A stretch of 64,000 bases of DNA from the NCBI GenBank assembly GCA_951406725.2, contig OX597827.1, positions 56,544,001 through 56,608,000 on the forward strand, written 5' to 3'. The notes under the pieces are model-generated. The model was given only the letters and a program-made list of their open reading frames with translations, ran no database searches and was not told the DNA's origin. Position numbers and translations under genes: made by a program. This DNA is from Octopus vulgaris. Taxonomy: Eukaryota. Shown here piece by piece: positions 63,265 to 64,000 of the stretch (its first letter is position 1; each line of letters starts with the position of its first letter).

Positions 63265-63960
63265 ATGTGGGTGCCACATAAAAAGCACCCAGTACACTCT
63301 GTGAAGTGGTTGGCATTAGGAAGGACATCCAGCTGTAGAAACAATACCAAAGAAGACAGTAGTGATTGGTGCAGTCCTCTGGCTTTCCAGTTCCTGTCAA
63401 ACCATCCAATCCATGCCAGCATGGAAAACAGACATTAAATGATGATGATGCACGTGCACACACACACACACATAAAAAGTACCATTCAAGCATGGTCGAT
63501 GCCAGTCCCGCCTGACTGGTCTCATGCTGGTGGTACATAAAAAACACCATTTGAGCATGATCATTGCCAGTGCTGCTTGACTGGTCTTGTGCTGGTGGCA
63601 TGTAAAAAACACCATTTGAGTGCTGGCCAGCTGGTCCCGTGCCGGTGGCACATAAAAAGCACCATTAGAGTGTGGTTGTTGCCAGTGCTGCCTGACTGGC
63701 ACCTGTGCTGGTGACACATAAAAAAGCACCATTCAAGTGTGGTTGATGCCAGTACCACCTGACTGGACCTCATGCTGGTGGCACCTAAAAAGTACCCACT
63801 ACACTCTTGGAATGGTTGATGTTAGGAAGGCCATCCAACTGCAGAAACTTTGCCAGATCATATTGGAGCCTGGTGTAGCCTTCTGGCTTGCCAGCCCTCA
63901 GTCAAACCATCCAATCTATGCCAGCATGGAAAGCAGACATTAAACGACGATGATGATGAT
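63265..63960 (+). mobile_element. Two tandem RTE 3' UTR/tails with ~60-bp subrepeat expansion
   Basis: Repeated gctggtggcacataaaaagcaccatt units; both end gcatggaaa..gacattaaa(c)gatgatg. Confidence 0.8.
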
Positions 63961-64000
63961 GTATACTGATAATAAAGAAAACAAAGAATTATATATGCAT

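Overview
AT-rich, repeat-dense eukaryotic genomic DNA. The SINE, Helitron and microsatellite content looks like an octopus genome (inference). Two divergently oriented, intron-rich genes can be assembled by splice phase. Gene A (minus strand, exons 18939-19059, 13365-13562 and 452-664, continuing off the left edge) encodes a secreted protein with a type-2 chitin-binding domain followed by a Cys-Cys domain, resembling molluscan Pif/LamG3 proteins. Gene B (plus strand, exons 47717-47755, 52119-52155, 53517-53670, 56344-56522 and 59480-59749, continuing right) encodes a signal peptide, a C-type lectin domain and a PAN/apple domain, and probably uses one GC-AG intron. The rest is mostly mobile DNA: at least three tRNA-derived SINE families, RTE and CR1/L2-type LINE remnants, Helitrons (a Rep fragment and non-autonomous copies, including a tandem dimer), Tc1/mariner/Tigger fossils, hAT, piggyBac and Merlin-like MITEs, and foldback hairpins. 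The most interesting signals are two hammerhead-ribozyme-like motifs with a very long stem II, a 5S rRNA copy abutting a SINE head with no terminator between them, a LINE 3' end sharing its tail with the dominant SINE, a perfect 40-bp target-site duplication, and SINE dimers with a recurrent junction. All calls were read by eye, so repeat boundaries are approximate unless a TSD is given.
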